64,000 bases of DNA from Parcubacteria group bacterium (GCA_016188785.1 JACPHD010000020.1:3306-67305), one strand, 5' to 3'. Positions 54,606-64,000 are shown, counted from the stretch's first letter. Notes: a model not told the origin generated them from the letters alone. Made by a program: numbers and translations.

Positions 54606-55961
54606 CTAACCCCCGGTTTCTCTTGAGAGACCGGGGTCTTTTTTATTCTTAACACTTAAAATCGCGCCTATGAGCGCCCAGAACGACCACTCAAGCGCGG
54701 TATTTCTTAAAATATTATCAGCCGCGCTCATGATATAAAAAGCGATTGACAAGCCGATGGCCGTTAGAATTAAAATTTGAAATCGCGTTCGCCCTGCCAC
54801 TGAATACTTTTTTATTAAACTAATAAACAAACTGATAATCAGCGAAACATAAGCTAATAAGCCGATCAGGCCGTTTTCAATGGCAATTTTTAAATAATCA
54901 TTATGCGGGTCGCTGGAACCGAAGCGCTCTCCCCGTTTTTTTAAAATTAGCTCGTTAGCCACGCCCGCGCCATAACCGAACCAAGGCCGGTCTTTAATAT
55001 ATTCTTTAGCATCGTTCCAAAGATCAAGCCGCCACTGGATGGAACTGCCAGAGCTGCCGGACAGCAAATCGTTAACGCGGTAATTTATGGGTCCGATTAA
55101 AAGATAGGTTAGCGCCATAAAAATTACCGTAGCAATAAGTAAAGCGCGATAACGGAAAACGCCGATAACCGCCATAACAATTAAAAATGACAGCCAGGCG
55201 CCGCGAGTGAAAGTAAGGGCTAAAATAATTATCAGATAACCGGAGAATAGAAAATATAAAATATTGCCTATTTGTTTTTTATGGCCGCTTAAAAACAAAT
55301 ACAGAGATAAAGCCAGGGGTAAAAGCAAATAATAGGCCAATAGATTAGGGTGGGCAAAAGTACCGTAGATTCTATTATAAATGCCTTCAAACGGCACGTT
55401 CAGACCGGTATCGGCAAAAAATTGCCATAAGGCGAAGAGCGACGGAATAACCACAGAAGCGATAATGATTTTAATAAGATTTTTTAAATCTGATTCTGAA
55501 TTTAATAAAAAATAAGCTAGGCAGTAAATCGCCAGGATGCTTAATAAGCGCAAACTTTCAGCCAGGCTTAAATAAGCGTTAAAAGAGTAAAAAATTGAGA
55601 CTAAAACTAGGGCAATAAAAACGAGCCAACTATATTTAAGCGGCAGAGTTTTAATGCCGGAAAAATTTTTTATTATAATAACCGCGGAAAATAAAATAAC
55701 CATGACGGCCAAGAGTGAAGCGAAATTCAGGCTGAAATTTTCCGTTTGAATAACCGGCCGGCCGGTTAAAATATCTAAACAGGGCCGGGCGATTATTAAG
55801 AGAAACAAGCCGAGTTTGGGTTTTATGGCCGCGACCGCGTCAATGCAGAATAAAATAAAAAACAGTATTTTAAAAATAACGTCTAGGCTAATAAATAGAA
55901 AAAAACCCAGCCAAATTAGCCCGGCGAGTAAAAAAATTATTTGAATTTTTTTATTTGACAT
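54606..55961 (-). CDS. O-antigen ligase / Wzy-like membrane protein
   Basis: GTFAHPN, TFTRGAW, PWFGYG, PHNDYL...ENGLIG. Confidence 0.9.
   Translation of the reverse strand: MSNKKIQIIFLLAGLIWLGFFLFISLDVIFKILFFILFCIDAVAAIKPKLGLFLLIIARPCLDILTGRPVIQTENFSLNFASLLAVMVILFSAVIIIKNFSGIKTLPLKYSWLVFIALVLVSIFYSFNAYLSLAESLRLLSILAIYCLAYFLLNSESDLKNLIKIIIASVVIPSLFALWQFFADTGLNVPFEGIYNRIYGTFAHPNLLAYYLLLPLALSLYLFLSGHKKQIGNILYFLFSGYLIIILALTFTRGAWLSFLIVMAVIGVFRYRALLIATVIFMALTYLLIGPINYRVNDLLSGSSGSSIQWRLDLWNDAKEYIKDRPWFGYGAGVANELILKKRGERFGSSDPHNDYLKIAIENGLIGLLAYVSLIISLFISLIKKYSVAGRTRFQILILTAIGLSIAFYIMSAADNILRNTALEWSFWALIGAILSVKNKKDPGLSRETGG
54611..54644 (+). terminator. Intrinsic terminator
   Basis: CCCCGGTTTC/GAGACCGGGG stem plus T-run. 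Confidence 0.7.
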
Positions 55962-55993
55962 TTATTTGTAATTATGTTAATTTTCATTGTTAA

Positions 55994-56174
55994 GTCGAGA
56001 TGATTGCAAAACTATTTCGTAGCGAAATTTAGATATTTTTAGTCAAGACGAGGAAAACAAGCAAAATGATTTGAGCCGTAATAGCATTACGGTGAAAATC
56101 ATTTTGCGCAGTTTGACGAAGTCTTAGCTAAAAATAGCAAATTGCAGTAGAAATAGTTTTGCAACCATCTCGAC
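55994..56174. repeat. 181-nt imperfect palindromic element
   Basis: GTCGAGATGATTGCAAAACTATTTC...GAAATAGTTTTGCAACCATCTCGAC with nested inner stems. Confidence 0.8.
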
Positions 56175-56190
56175 ATATTATTATAATCTC

Positions 56191-57144
56191 ATGAAAAAAT
56201 CAAGCTATAAGGATTTAGTCATAGCCATTACTTACCAATGCAATTCTCGTTGCCGGATGTGCAATATTTGGCGTAAAAATGCGGCCGGCGGTTTAAAGGC
56301 CGAGGACTACAATAAAATACCCACTGGTTTATCAAATATCAATATTACCGGCGGCGAGCCGTTTTTGCATCCGGAATTGGTGGAAATAGTTAAAACTGTT
56401 CATAATCGCTGTCCTAAAGCCGCGATAATTATTTCCACTAATGGTTTTGCCACGGAATTGATTATCAAGCAAACAGAAAAAATAAAAAAATTTATTTCCA
56501 ATCTCGGCCTGGCGGTTTCTTTAGATGGCCTTGGTGGCAAGCATGATGAAATTCGCGGCATGGCCGGTGGTTTTGACAAGGTTATGTCAACCATAGCCGG
56601 TTTAAAAAAAATCGGTCTGAAAAATTTGCGGCTGGCCTTCACTTTAGGGGACTATAACATAGCAGAGCTGGCTAAAATTTATAATTTAAGCCGCGAGCTG
56701 GGCCTAGAAATGACCTTAGCCGCGGTTCATTCCGGCGAAAATTATTTTAGCGCCAATAATCGGATTGAAAAAAAACAAGAAATGGCTAAAGCGCTGGATC
56801 TTCTGATTAGGCGCGAGCTTATGAGTTTGTCCATAAAAAGATGGCTACGCGCTTATTTTACTTTTGGCTTAAAAGAATTTATTTTGACCGGACAGAGGAT
56901 TTTACCTGATTATTCCGGCCGATATAATTTATTCGTAGCTCCGGACGGCGACATCTATCCGAGCGACGCAGCAGACAAAAAAATCGGTAATTTGCGCCTC
57001 GGCTTTACTAATTTAAAACCGGTTTCCGCGGCTGAAAATCCAAGCTGGATGATCTGCACAGCCAGAACTGCCATTAGAAAAAATTGGCCGAAATTTATTT
57101 TTTGGCTGGTAAAAGCCCATTATGAAAGTTCTGCAAATAAATAA
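56191..57144 (+). CDS. Radical SAM protein in the glycan cluster
   Basis: CNSRCRMC, TGGEP, STNG, SLDG. Confidence 0.9.
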   Translation: MKKSSYKDLVIAITYQCNSRCRMCNIWRKNAAGGLKAEDYNKIPTGLSNINITGGEPFLHPELVEIVKTVHNRCPKAAIIISTNGFATELIIKQTEKIKKFISNLGLAVSLDGLGGKHDEIRGMAGGFDKVMSTIAGLKKIGLKNLRLAFTLGDYNIAELAKIYNLSRELGLEMTLAAVHSGENYFSANNRIEKKQEMAKALDLLIRRELMSLSIKRWLRAYFTFGLKEFILTGQRILPDYSGRYNLFVAPDGDIYPSDAADKKIGNLRLGFTNLKPVSAAENPSWMICTARTAIRKNWPKFIFWLVKAHYESSANK

Positions 57145-58339
57145 ATTTTATTATCTTAAGGGCGGAAGCGAGCGCCATATTTTCGCCTTGTCAAAATTAT
57201 TGGCAGACAGCGGCCATCAAGTCGTGCAATTTTCCATGGCAGATGATAAAAATTATTATTCAAAATTCAGCCAATATTTTAGCAAACCGGTTAATCTTGA
57301 TAAATTCAGTTTAAAAAATATTTTTAAATTATTTTATAACCGCGAGGCCGCGAAAAAACTGGAAAACCTAATTAGGGCCGAGCGGCCGGATCTGGCTCAT
57401 TTGCATAATATTTCCCACCAATTAAGTTCGTCTGTTATTAAAGTTTTAAAAAAATATAATATTCCCCTAGTGCAAACTTTGCATGATTATAAATTGATTT
57501 GCCCTAATTATAAACTGTTTTCCCATGGTCGAGTCTGCTATAAATGCCGAGGCGGGAAATATTATAATTGTTTTTTAAATAAATGTTTAAAAAATTCATA
57601 TTTAATTAGTTTCTTGGCGATGTTTGAGGCCTATTATTGCCGCTGGCAGAAGGTTTATGAAAAAATAAATTTATTTATCGCTCCCAGCCGCTTTATGAAA
57701 GATATATGCGTTAAATTTGGCGTGCCGGAAAATAAAATCAAGCTGATTTATAATTTTATAAACCCCGAAACTGGCGCGGTCGAAAACCTTGCGGAAAAAA
57801 GTCAGCCGGATTATTTTTTGTATTTCGGCCGCTTGTCCGAGGAAAAGGGGATTCGAGTATTACTGGAAGCCATGAAAAAATTAAACGGCATAAAATTAAA
57901 AATAGCCGGCGCCGGACCTGACTATAAAAAATATCAATCACTGGCGGCTGAATATAAATTGAATGACCGGGTAGAATTCTTAGGGCCTAAATACGGCGAC
58001 GAATTGCGGCGGCTGATTAAGCAGGCTAAAGCCGTAATTATGCCGTCCTTATGGCCGGAGAATCTGCCTTATACCGCCTTAGAGTCCCTGTCTTTAAATA
58101 AAATAGTTATTGCCAGTAATATTGGCGGTTTGCCGGAAATTATTCAAGACGGCTTTAACGGGCTTTTATTTAAGAGCGGCGACAGTCTTGATTTAGCTGG
58201 AAAAATAAGCCTGATTTTAAATGATGAACGGATGGCAAAAAGCATTGAAACTAATGCCAAATCCAGCTTAAACAAATTTAATAGTCAGGAGCATTACCGG
58301 GCGATTAGCCGGGTATATCAAAATTTAGTAAAATTTTAG
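57122..58339 (+). CDS. GT4 glycosyltransferase
   Basis: GGSE, TLHDY, GRLSEEKG, ENLPYTALES, GGLPE. Confidence 0.92.
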   Translation: MKVLQINKFYYLKGGSERHIFALSKLLADSGHQVVQFSMADDKNYYSKFSQYFSKPVNLDKFSLKNIFKLFYNREAAKKLENLIRAERPDLAHLHNISHQLSSSVIKVLKKYNIPLVQTLHDYKLICPNYKLFSHGRVCYKCRGGKYYNCFLNKCLKNSYLISFLAMFEAYYCRWQKVYEKINLFIAPSRFMKDICVKFGVPENKIKLIYNFINPETGAVENLAEKSQPDYFLYFGRLSEEKGIRVLLEAMKKLNGIKLKIAGAGPDYKKYQSLAAEYKLNDRVEFLGPKYGDELRRLIKQAKAVIMPSLWPENLPYTALESLSLNKIVIASNIGGLPEIIQDGFNGLLFKSGDSLDLAGKISLILNDERMAKSIETNAKSSLNKFNSQEHYRAISRVYQNLVKF

Positions 58340-58444
58340 CTAATATTAGATAAAATAAAATTAAATCAGCCCTTGACTGGCTCTACTTGGTATGATAAAA
58401 TAGTTTTTCAAGAAATATATCAATATAATTAAGAGAGAAAGTTT

Positions 58445-60013
58445 ATGAAAAAAAAATTATTGTTGGCATCATTTATTATTGTCGCCTTATCCCTGGTTTT
58501 TATTTCCGGCGTTAAAGGTAAAACAAGCTCAGCTAATGGCGACGCGCTTTATTTTAGAGGCAAGGTTTATTTAGTCGCGATTAACTCGGGCGCGGCTGAA
58601 TTATATAAAATTGATAACACTAAAATTACTAAAACCGCCACGATTAACGCGATTGCCGGAGATGCCGGCTGCCAGGATTTTATTGACGCGGTTTTAACCA
58701 TTGATTCTAACGGTTTGTATATTGTTTTAACGGATGGCAAGTATATTTATAAGTATGATGTTAATGACCCTTATAACCCGGTCTTATTTAAAAAATCAAA
58801 TGATAATTCTAATGATAAATATCTAGGCCTGGGTAAAATGTATAACCAAATTTTTTCAGTCTCTAATCATGGCCTAAGGATTTGGAGCGATAATATGGAA
58901 ATATATTATACCGCTAATATAAACAACCCTCTGCCTCATAATATAAAATTCAGCCAGCAAGGCAGTTTTGTTTTTAATATAAATAATGGCAAATTGGAAA
59001 TTTACGACGCTTTTTCGCAAAAACTGCTTTCTGCAATTAACCTAGCAGCCCGAGACAGCCATGAAAGAAATATTTATAATGATCAGACCGACAGTTCTAT
59101 TTATTTAGTTGACGACCGGGCGGTTAAGCAGGTTGATTTTTCAGGCAACATAATCAAGAGCTTTAAGCATACCTCAAGCCAAGGCTATGATATCGCTTAT
59201 GTGCCGGGCGATGATCATTTGTATTTTTCCGACGGCATCGGCATTGTAAAATTAAATAAAAGCGACTTAAAGCCCTTAAGCTGGATTTATACTGAAGAGT
59301 TTAGCGGGCCGAGCGGCCTGGCCGCTGGCTTAAAAGTGGTTAGCGATAATTACGGTGAAAAAATTTTTGTTTTTGACAACTATAATATTATTATTTTAGA
59401 TCAGGCTTATAATAAAATCGGCGCGATCGCCATAGATAATAATAATCAGTTTTGCCTGGCGCGAGAGAGTTTGTCTTTAATTTTAGATAAGCCGGCCGCT
59501 TTAGCCGGCGAGGCAGTGGCTTTAAGCGGCCGCGGTTTCAGCCCGGAGGAAATTTTATCTATTTATCTTTCTGATAAAAAAATTGATTCAACTAAGGCGG
59601 ATAATCGGGGCCGGTTTTTTAAGACTATTACCGTTCCCAGGTTTAATCCGAACATCCTCGAATTCAAGCCGGGCAAGACGGATATTAAAATTTTAGGCGA
59701 AAATTCAGGCCGAACTTACAGCGTGAATTTTCAAATTGAAGGAATGGTTGAAGCGGGTTTCTCGTTGTCGGTTAATAAAAATCGCGCTTTAGCCGGCGAG
59801 GAGGTGGCTTTAAGCGGCCGGGGTTTTAATCCGAACGAGTATGTGATAATTTATGTGGCGGACAAAAAAGTCGCTTTGGCCAGAACCGATGATAACGGTG
59901 GTTTTAGCGCGGTTATCACTATGCCTGAAGTTAAGCCGGGCCGGACCGAGATTAGGGTGTCGGGAGAAAATTTCGGCAGTAAAAATTATAGTATTGATTT
60001 TACCATAGAATAA
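58445..60013 (+). CDS. Secreted protein, beta-rich N-domain plus two Ig-like repeats
   Basis: Signal peptide; ALAGEAVALSGRGF and ALAGEEVALSGRGF duplicated. Confidence 0.7.
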   Translation: MKKKLLLASFIIVALSLVFISGVKGKTSSANGDALYFRGKVYLVAINSGAAELYKIDNTKITKTATINAIAGDAGCQDFIDAVLTIDSNGLYIVLTDGKYIYKYDVNDPYNPVLFKKSNDNSNDKYLGLGKMYNQIFSVSNHGLRIWSDNMEIYYTANINNPLPHNIKFSQQGSFVFNINNGKLEIYDAFSQKLLSAINLAARDSHERNIYNDQTDSSIYLVDDRAVKQVDFSGNIIKSFKHTSSQGYDIAYVPGDDHLYFSDGIGIVKLNKSDLKPLSWIYTEEFSGPSGLAAGLKVVSDNYGEKIFVFDNYNIIILDQAYNKIGAIAIDNNNQFCLARESLSLILDKPAALAGEAVALSGRGFSPEEILSIYLSDKKIDSTKADNRGRFFKTITVPRFNPNILEFKPGKTDIKILGENSGRTYSVNFQIEGMVEAGFSLSVNKNRALAGEEVALSGRGFNPNEYVIIYVADKKVALARTDDNGGFSAVITMPEVKPGRTEIRVSGENFGSKNYSIDFTIE

Positions 60014-60049
60014 ACATAGCACTTACGCGCTTAAAAAATATTTGTGAAA

Positions 60050-60151
60050 GCAGTTGGCTGGAATCAGTAATTTTCTCGTTGCGGAACTCGCCCCGCCAAG
60101 GCGGTGCTCAAACAGTCCTCACTTCAAAAATTACTAATTCCAGCCAACTGC
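60050..60151. repeat. Long-stem structured element (family F), copy 2
   Basis: GCAGTTGGCTGGAAT/ATTCCAGCCAACTGC stem around the shared core. Confidence 0.75.
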
Positions 60152-60177
60152 CAATTAACCATGTAAGTCTATAATAC

Positions 60178-61356
60178 ATGAAAATATATTTTATCGGTCA
60201 AAAAGGCTTGCCGGCTATATATGGCGGAGTAGAAAAGCATGTTGAAGAGTTGTCAACGCGCCTGGTTAAGGCCGGGCATGAAGTTTTCGTCTATACCCGG
60301 CCTAATTATACGGCTAAAAATTTAACAAAGTATCAGGGCGTTAATTTAATCAGCCTGTCGGCTATCGCCACTAAGCATTTAGACGCTATCAGCCATACTT
60401 TCCGCGCCTGCCTGGATTTAAGAAAACGCCAAGTTGATCTTATCCATTTTCATTCTATCGGCCCCTCGTCTTTAATTTGGCTGGTTAAATTATTAAAACC
60501 CGGCGTGCCGGTGGTTTTTACTTTTCATACTAAATGTTATGAGCATAAAAAATGGGGCCGTTTGGCCAGACTGGCGTTAAAAATAGGCGAGCGCATCGCC
60601 TGCCGCCTGGCTGATAAAGTGATTGTAATTTCGCCGTCGCTTTATGAATATGTTTTGGTTAAATATAAGATTGGCGCGGCTTATATCCCTAATGGAGTAA
60701 GCCGGCCTAAAATAGTTAAAGCCGATAAAATAAAAAAATTGGGTTTAAAAAAGGATAATTATATTTTAGCGGTTAGCCGGCTGGTCGGGCATAAAGGCCT
60801 GCAATATTTAATCGCGGCTTATAAAAATTTAAGGACTAACAAGAAGTTAGTCATAGTCGGCGGCGGCGCTTATACTGATAATTATGTTAAAGAATTGACA
60901 GCCGCGGCTCAAGGCAATAAAAATATAATTTTTACCGGCAATCAAACCGGTGCGGAACTGGCTGAATTATTTTCTAACGCTTATGTTTTCGTTCAGCCAT
61001 CCGAGTCAGAAGGGCTGTCCATTTCTTTACTGGAAGCCATGTCTTATAAAAATTGCGTTTTGGTAAGCGATATCAGGGAAAATATTGACGCGGCGGGAAA
61101 TTGCGGCTTTAGTTTTAAAAACAAAAATGTTAAAAGCCTGCAAATGAAATTGTCATATTTGTTGAAACACTCTGTTCTGGTAAAAAAGCAGGGCCGGTTA
61201 GCCGGATTAAGAGTTGGCCAGAATTATAATTGGCCCGGCTTAATTTCCGCTACCATAAAAATTTATCAGCAAACCTTAACCGACGCGAGTCAGCGGCCAC
61301 ATCATTTTTTTAGGTTAAAACTATTAAGAAGAATAGTGGCTATGTTTATGTTGTAA
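60178..61356 (+). CDS. GT4 glycosyltransferase
   Basis: GQKGLPAIYGGVE, SRLVGHKG, EGLSISLLEAMS. Confidence 0.92.
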   Translation: MKIYFIGQKGLPAIYGGVEKHVEELSTRLVKAGHEVFVYTRPNYTAKNLTKYQGVNLISLSAIATKHLDAISHTFRACLDLRKRQVDLIHFHSIGPSSLIWLVKLLKPGVPVVFTFHTKCYEHKKWGRLARLALKIGERIACRLADKVIVISPSLYEYVLVKYKIGAAYIPNGVSRPKIVKADKIKKLGLKKDNYILAVSRLVGHKGLQYLIAAYKNLRTNKKLVIVGGGAYTDNYVKELTAAAQGNKNIIFTGNQTGAELAELFSNAYVFVQPSESEGLSISLLEAMSYKNCVLVSDIRENIDAAGNCGFSFKNKNVKSLQMKLSYLLKHSVLVKKQGRLAGLRVGQNYNWPGLISATIKIYQQTLTDASQRPHHFFRLKLLRRIVAMFML

Positions 61357-61370
61357 GTTGAATTTATTAT

Positions 61371-61577
61371 TGTCATTGCGGTAGTTGCCTCCGGATTGTC
61401 ATTGCGGCCTCCGAGCCGCAATCCAGGTTTCAACGCCACGAATATTCTATTTAACAATCAACTCAACCAACCGAACTGCCTACGGGTTTAACCTGCCGCG
61501 CCCGCCATGCGAGCCGCAAGGCGAGGCGGGCGGGGATTCCCCCCGCCCCGCATTTGCGGGGCGGGGCGGGAATGACA
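61371..61577. repeat. Family B element with family C (61496-61534) and mini-hairpin inserts
   Basis: GTCATTGCGGCCTCCGAGCCGCAATCCAGG...CCTG[39 nt]GATTCC...GGGAATGACA; spacer shares AACCGAACTGCCTACGG with the 19456 copy. Confidence 0.85.
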
Positions 61578-61691
61578 AGAAAGAAAAGCGGCTATGTTTA
61601 TGTTGTAAGGAGAGGAGGGAATGAACATTGACAATTAAGTAAGTGGTGGCGAAAAAGGGAAAATTAAAAAAACAAGAAGAGGAGAAAGGCA

Positions 61692-63272
61692 ATGAGAAAA
61701 TTGGTAGTTTCTTTGGCCATGGCAATGTTTTTGGCGTTGACGATCATCGGTCAGAGTTGGGCAGGCAAGGCACCTAAACCGCCTAAACCGGTAAAAAACG
61801 ATAGTATTATCAAATCGGTAGTATCAGCCAAAATGCTGCCTGATTTCAGGTGGCATTATGTTTTAAAGCTGAAAAAGTCAGCCAAAAGTAAGAGCCTGCC
61901 TTTTCTGCCCTTCGCTATGGGGGAATTTGATGAATGGCAAGTGCAGGATTTGGACGCGCCCAAGAGCAAGAAGTATTATCTCCTGGAGATCATTACTTTC
62001 AACCGCGAAATCGCATTAACTTATGGCGGCTGGTATGATCAGGCTTTACCACCAGAGAAGTGGAACTGGGCGGCCATCCAGAAATCAAAATTCTATGACA
62101 AAGACAGAAAAGTTTTGGTCATAGGATTTTATAACGGCCAGCTGTACAAAAAAGGCACGGCTCCGTTCGCGCCGGCGCCGGGCAAGTTTGGCGATAACGT
62201 CATCCGCTTTGACATCAGCGGCGACCAGCTGACCGCGTATTTTAATAATAACACGGTGAACGGCTCGGTGGCACATCCGGTCTATATGGCCAATGTGCAA
62301 AAATGGGCGGTCAATCCCCAGCTGATTCAAGATTCGGATGGCTGGGGTAGTACCATATTTCAAGTCCAGTTTCCGCTAACTTTAAAAGTTAATTTTAGCG
62401 GAGACGATGAAAGCGGCAGCTGGGCCGATATATCTTCGTCCAACTATTATTACCGGGACGAGGATGGCAGTCAGTATCTGCAGGCTTGCTTTGATCCAGA
62501 TCAAAGCCGAAAGGTTGCCGCTCTCGCCGACGTGGCTGAAGTGAGCATAACTGCGTGCAAAGTGATACTCAACTTTGAACCGGTTAAGCTACTTTCCAGG
62601 CAGCGGCTTCCAGACTTGCGTTGGCAGTACCAGCTTGGCCTGGATAAATATAGCATTATCGGACCCAGATTGTTGCCTAGCGTCATCACCGACGTGATCA
62701 ATAATTTTGCGGTGACGGCGCTGAAGGACGAAGATGGCGACGGCTTTTATGAAGTCGTCATTGAGACTTTTAACAGGGAAATTAGCCTGAATTATGGCGA
62801 TAACTTGGGCGACCCGGATTTAAGTAAAAGGAGATTTGCCGATGTTAGACATTCGGTTTTCTGGAGCCAGGTCAGCCAGACCTTAATTATTGGTCTGCAT
62901 GAAGGCGCGCTGTTTACCAAAGGCCGAGCGCCTTTCGCGGCTCCGCCCGGAGCTCAAGGAGATGATTTTTTAAGATTCAATTTTGACGGCCACAAACTGG
63001 CCGTCTACTTTAACAATGGTAGGGTCAATGGTTCTGTTGCCAAGCCGTTTAAAATGTGGAATCTTGATCGCTGGGTTCCCGCAAACCAGCTGATTGAAGA
63101 TTCAAATGGCTGGGGCAAAGCCGAAGTTGAAGTTGGCCTGCCTTTAACTCTTGATCTAACCTACGGCGGAGACCAGGCCGGCAACTCCTGGGTTACCGGA
63201 ATGCAAAACAGCATGTTCTTTTTTAAAGATCCGTTAAGCGGAGATGAATTTTTCCGCGTGTGCATTCAATAA
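61692..63272 (+). CDS. Secreted protein made of two tandem ~245-aa domains
   Basis: LPDFRWHY/LPDLRWQY, TFNREIALTYG/TFNREISLNYG, VNGSVAHP/VNGSVAKP. Confidence 0.8.
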   Translation: MRKLVVSLAMAMFLALTIIGQSWAGKAPKPPKPVKNDSIIKSVVSAKMLPDFRWHYVLKLKKSAKSKSLPFLPFAMGEFDEWQVQDLDAPKSKKYYLLEIITFNREIALTYGGWYDQALPPEKWNWAAIQKSKFYDKDRKVLVIGFYNGQLYKKGTAPFAPAPGKFGDNVIRFDISGDQLTAYFNNNTVNGSVAHPVYMANVQKWAVNPQLIQDSDGWGSTIFQVQFPLTLKVNFSGDDESGSWADISSSNYYYRDEDGSQYLQACFDPDQSRKVAALADVAEVSITACKVILNFEPVKLLSRQRLPDLRWQYQLGLDKYSIIGPRLLPSVITDVINNFAVTALKDEDGDGFYEVVIETFNREISLNYGDNLGDPDLSKRRFADVRHSVFWSQVSQTLIIGLHEGALFTKGRAPFAAPPGAQGDDFLRFNFDGHKLAVYFNNGRVNGSVAKPFKMWNLDRWVPANQLIEDSNGWGKAEVEVGLPLTLDLTYGGDQAGNSWVTGMQNSMFFFKDPLSGDEFFRVCIQ

Positions 63273-63359
63273 GGAGCAAGATAAACTTTTACCCCCGCAA
63301 GGTTTTAACAAAAAACCGAGCGGGGGTTTTATTTTGAATTATATGAGAACTTATAAATT

Positions 63360-63436
63360 CGTCATGCCTGCGAAAGCAGGCATCCAGAAATTACACGAAG
63401 ATTTTTTCTGGATTCCTGCCTGCGCAGGAATGACGA
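63360..63436. repeat. Family B inverted pair
   Basis: CGTCATGCCTGCGAAAGCAGGCATCCAG...CTGGATTCCTGCCTGCGCAGGAATGACG. Confidence 0.85.
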
Positions 63437-63494
63437 TACTTGTCGGATAATCTGTTTATTTGTAAATACTTCTTTATTCTGCTAAATTTATTTC

Positions 63495-63950
63495 ATGACA
63501 TTATTTATCAATACAACCTATAATGACCAGGTTCTGATTATGTTAAAACATGGCGATGGTTCAGTCTTGGCCAGTAAAAAATTCAAAGCGCGTTTTCGGC
63601 AGAGTGAAAAGCTTTTGCCGGCCATAGATAAACTGCTTAAAGACAATCAATTAAAATTAAGTGATTTGAGCGGCCTGGAAGTGGAAAACCGCGGCGGTTC
63701 GTTCACCCCGTTAGAAAAACCTTTTCTAACGGGGTTCACAGCTTTGCGTATCGGCGTGGTTACGGCCAACGCCCTGGCCTACGCGCTGGCAATTCCGCTT
63801 ATGGCGGCCGGAAGCAAAAAGTTAAAAATTAAAAGCCAAAAATTTTCCGTAGTTGAGCCTTTATATGACCGAGAGCCGGAGATAACAGTTAAAAAGATTT
63901 CTATTTCTGTCATTGCGGCCTCCGAGCCGCAATCCAGGAGTAAACCGTAA
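63495..63950 (+). CDS. tsaB: TsaB-like t6A biosynthesis protein (short form) with an in-frame palindromic insert
   Basis: LFINT, SEKLLPAIDKLL, GSFT[...]ALRIG...ANALA, PLY.REP.IT. Confidence 0.8.
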   Translation: MTLFINTTYNDQVLIMLKHGDGSVLASKKFKARFRQSEKLLPAIDKLLKDNQLKLSDLSGLEVENRGGSFTPLEKPFLTGFTALRIGVVTANALAYALAIPLMAAGSKKLKIKSQKFSVVEPLYDREPEITVKKISISVIAASEPQSRSKP

Positions 63951-64000
63951 TAATCTAATTTTAATTTCTAATTGTTTTAATATCGCAATTTATTGTTTTT

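Noticed and set aside
53864..54655. 263-aa minus-strand ORF and other antisense ORFs in the track
   Set aside because: They are shadows of better-supported genes on the opposite strand.

Overview
A 64-kb AT-rich bacterial chromosomal segment. The gene content (short HrcA, membrane-anchored ClpA/B-like ATPase, many core genes without an SD) suggests Patescibacteria/CPR, probably Parcubacteria; this is inference. It contains a large VWA protein, two surface-glycan clusters (rmlBDA, glycosyltransferases, WaaL/Wzy-like, Wzz-like, WecA-like, radical SAM), murC-ABC-mreD-pbp2, a CIRCE-controlled hrcA-(Nudix)grpE-hsp20-dnaK-dnaJ-miaB-miaA cluster, gatB, a dTTP-supply cluster, secE-nusG-rplK-rplA, dnaB-ybaB-recR, tRNA-Lys, tRNA-Thr, mtaB, tsaB and a block of secreted LysM/lipoprotein genes. 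The most unusual signals are non-coding. (1) A tRNA-Thr(UGU) gene is split in its anticodon by a 143-nt insert that carries a second, different, intact tRNA-Thr(UGU). (2) At least six families of tiny palindromic or heptamer elements nest inside each other and insert in frame into GrpE, TsaB, MtaB, MiaB, MiaA, MurC and RmlB; GIY-YIG and four-helix-bundle genes are their candidate partners. (3) An unannotated Met-rich leader peptide is followed by a classical attenuator layout. (4) An array of CATCTG-loop hairpins lies upstream of a LysM/Pro-rich/beta-barrel-like gene. All calls were made by eye, without database searches.
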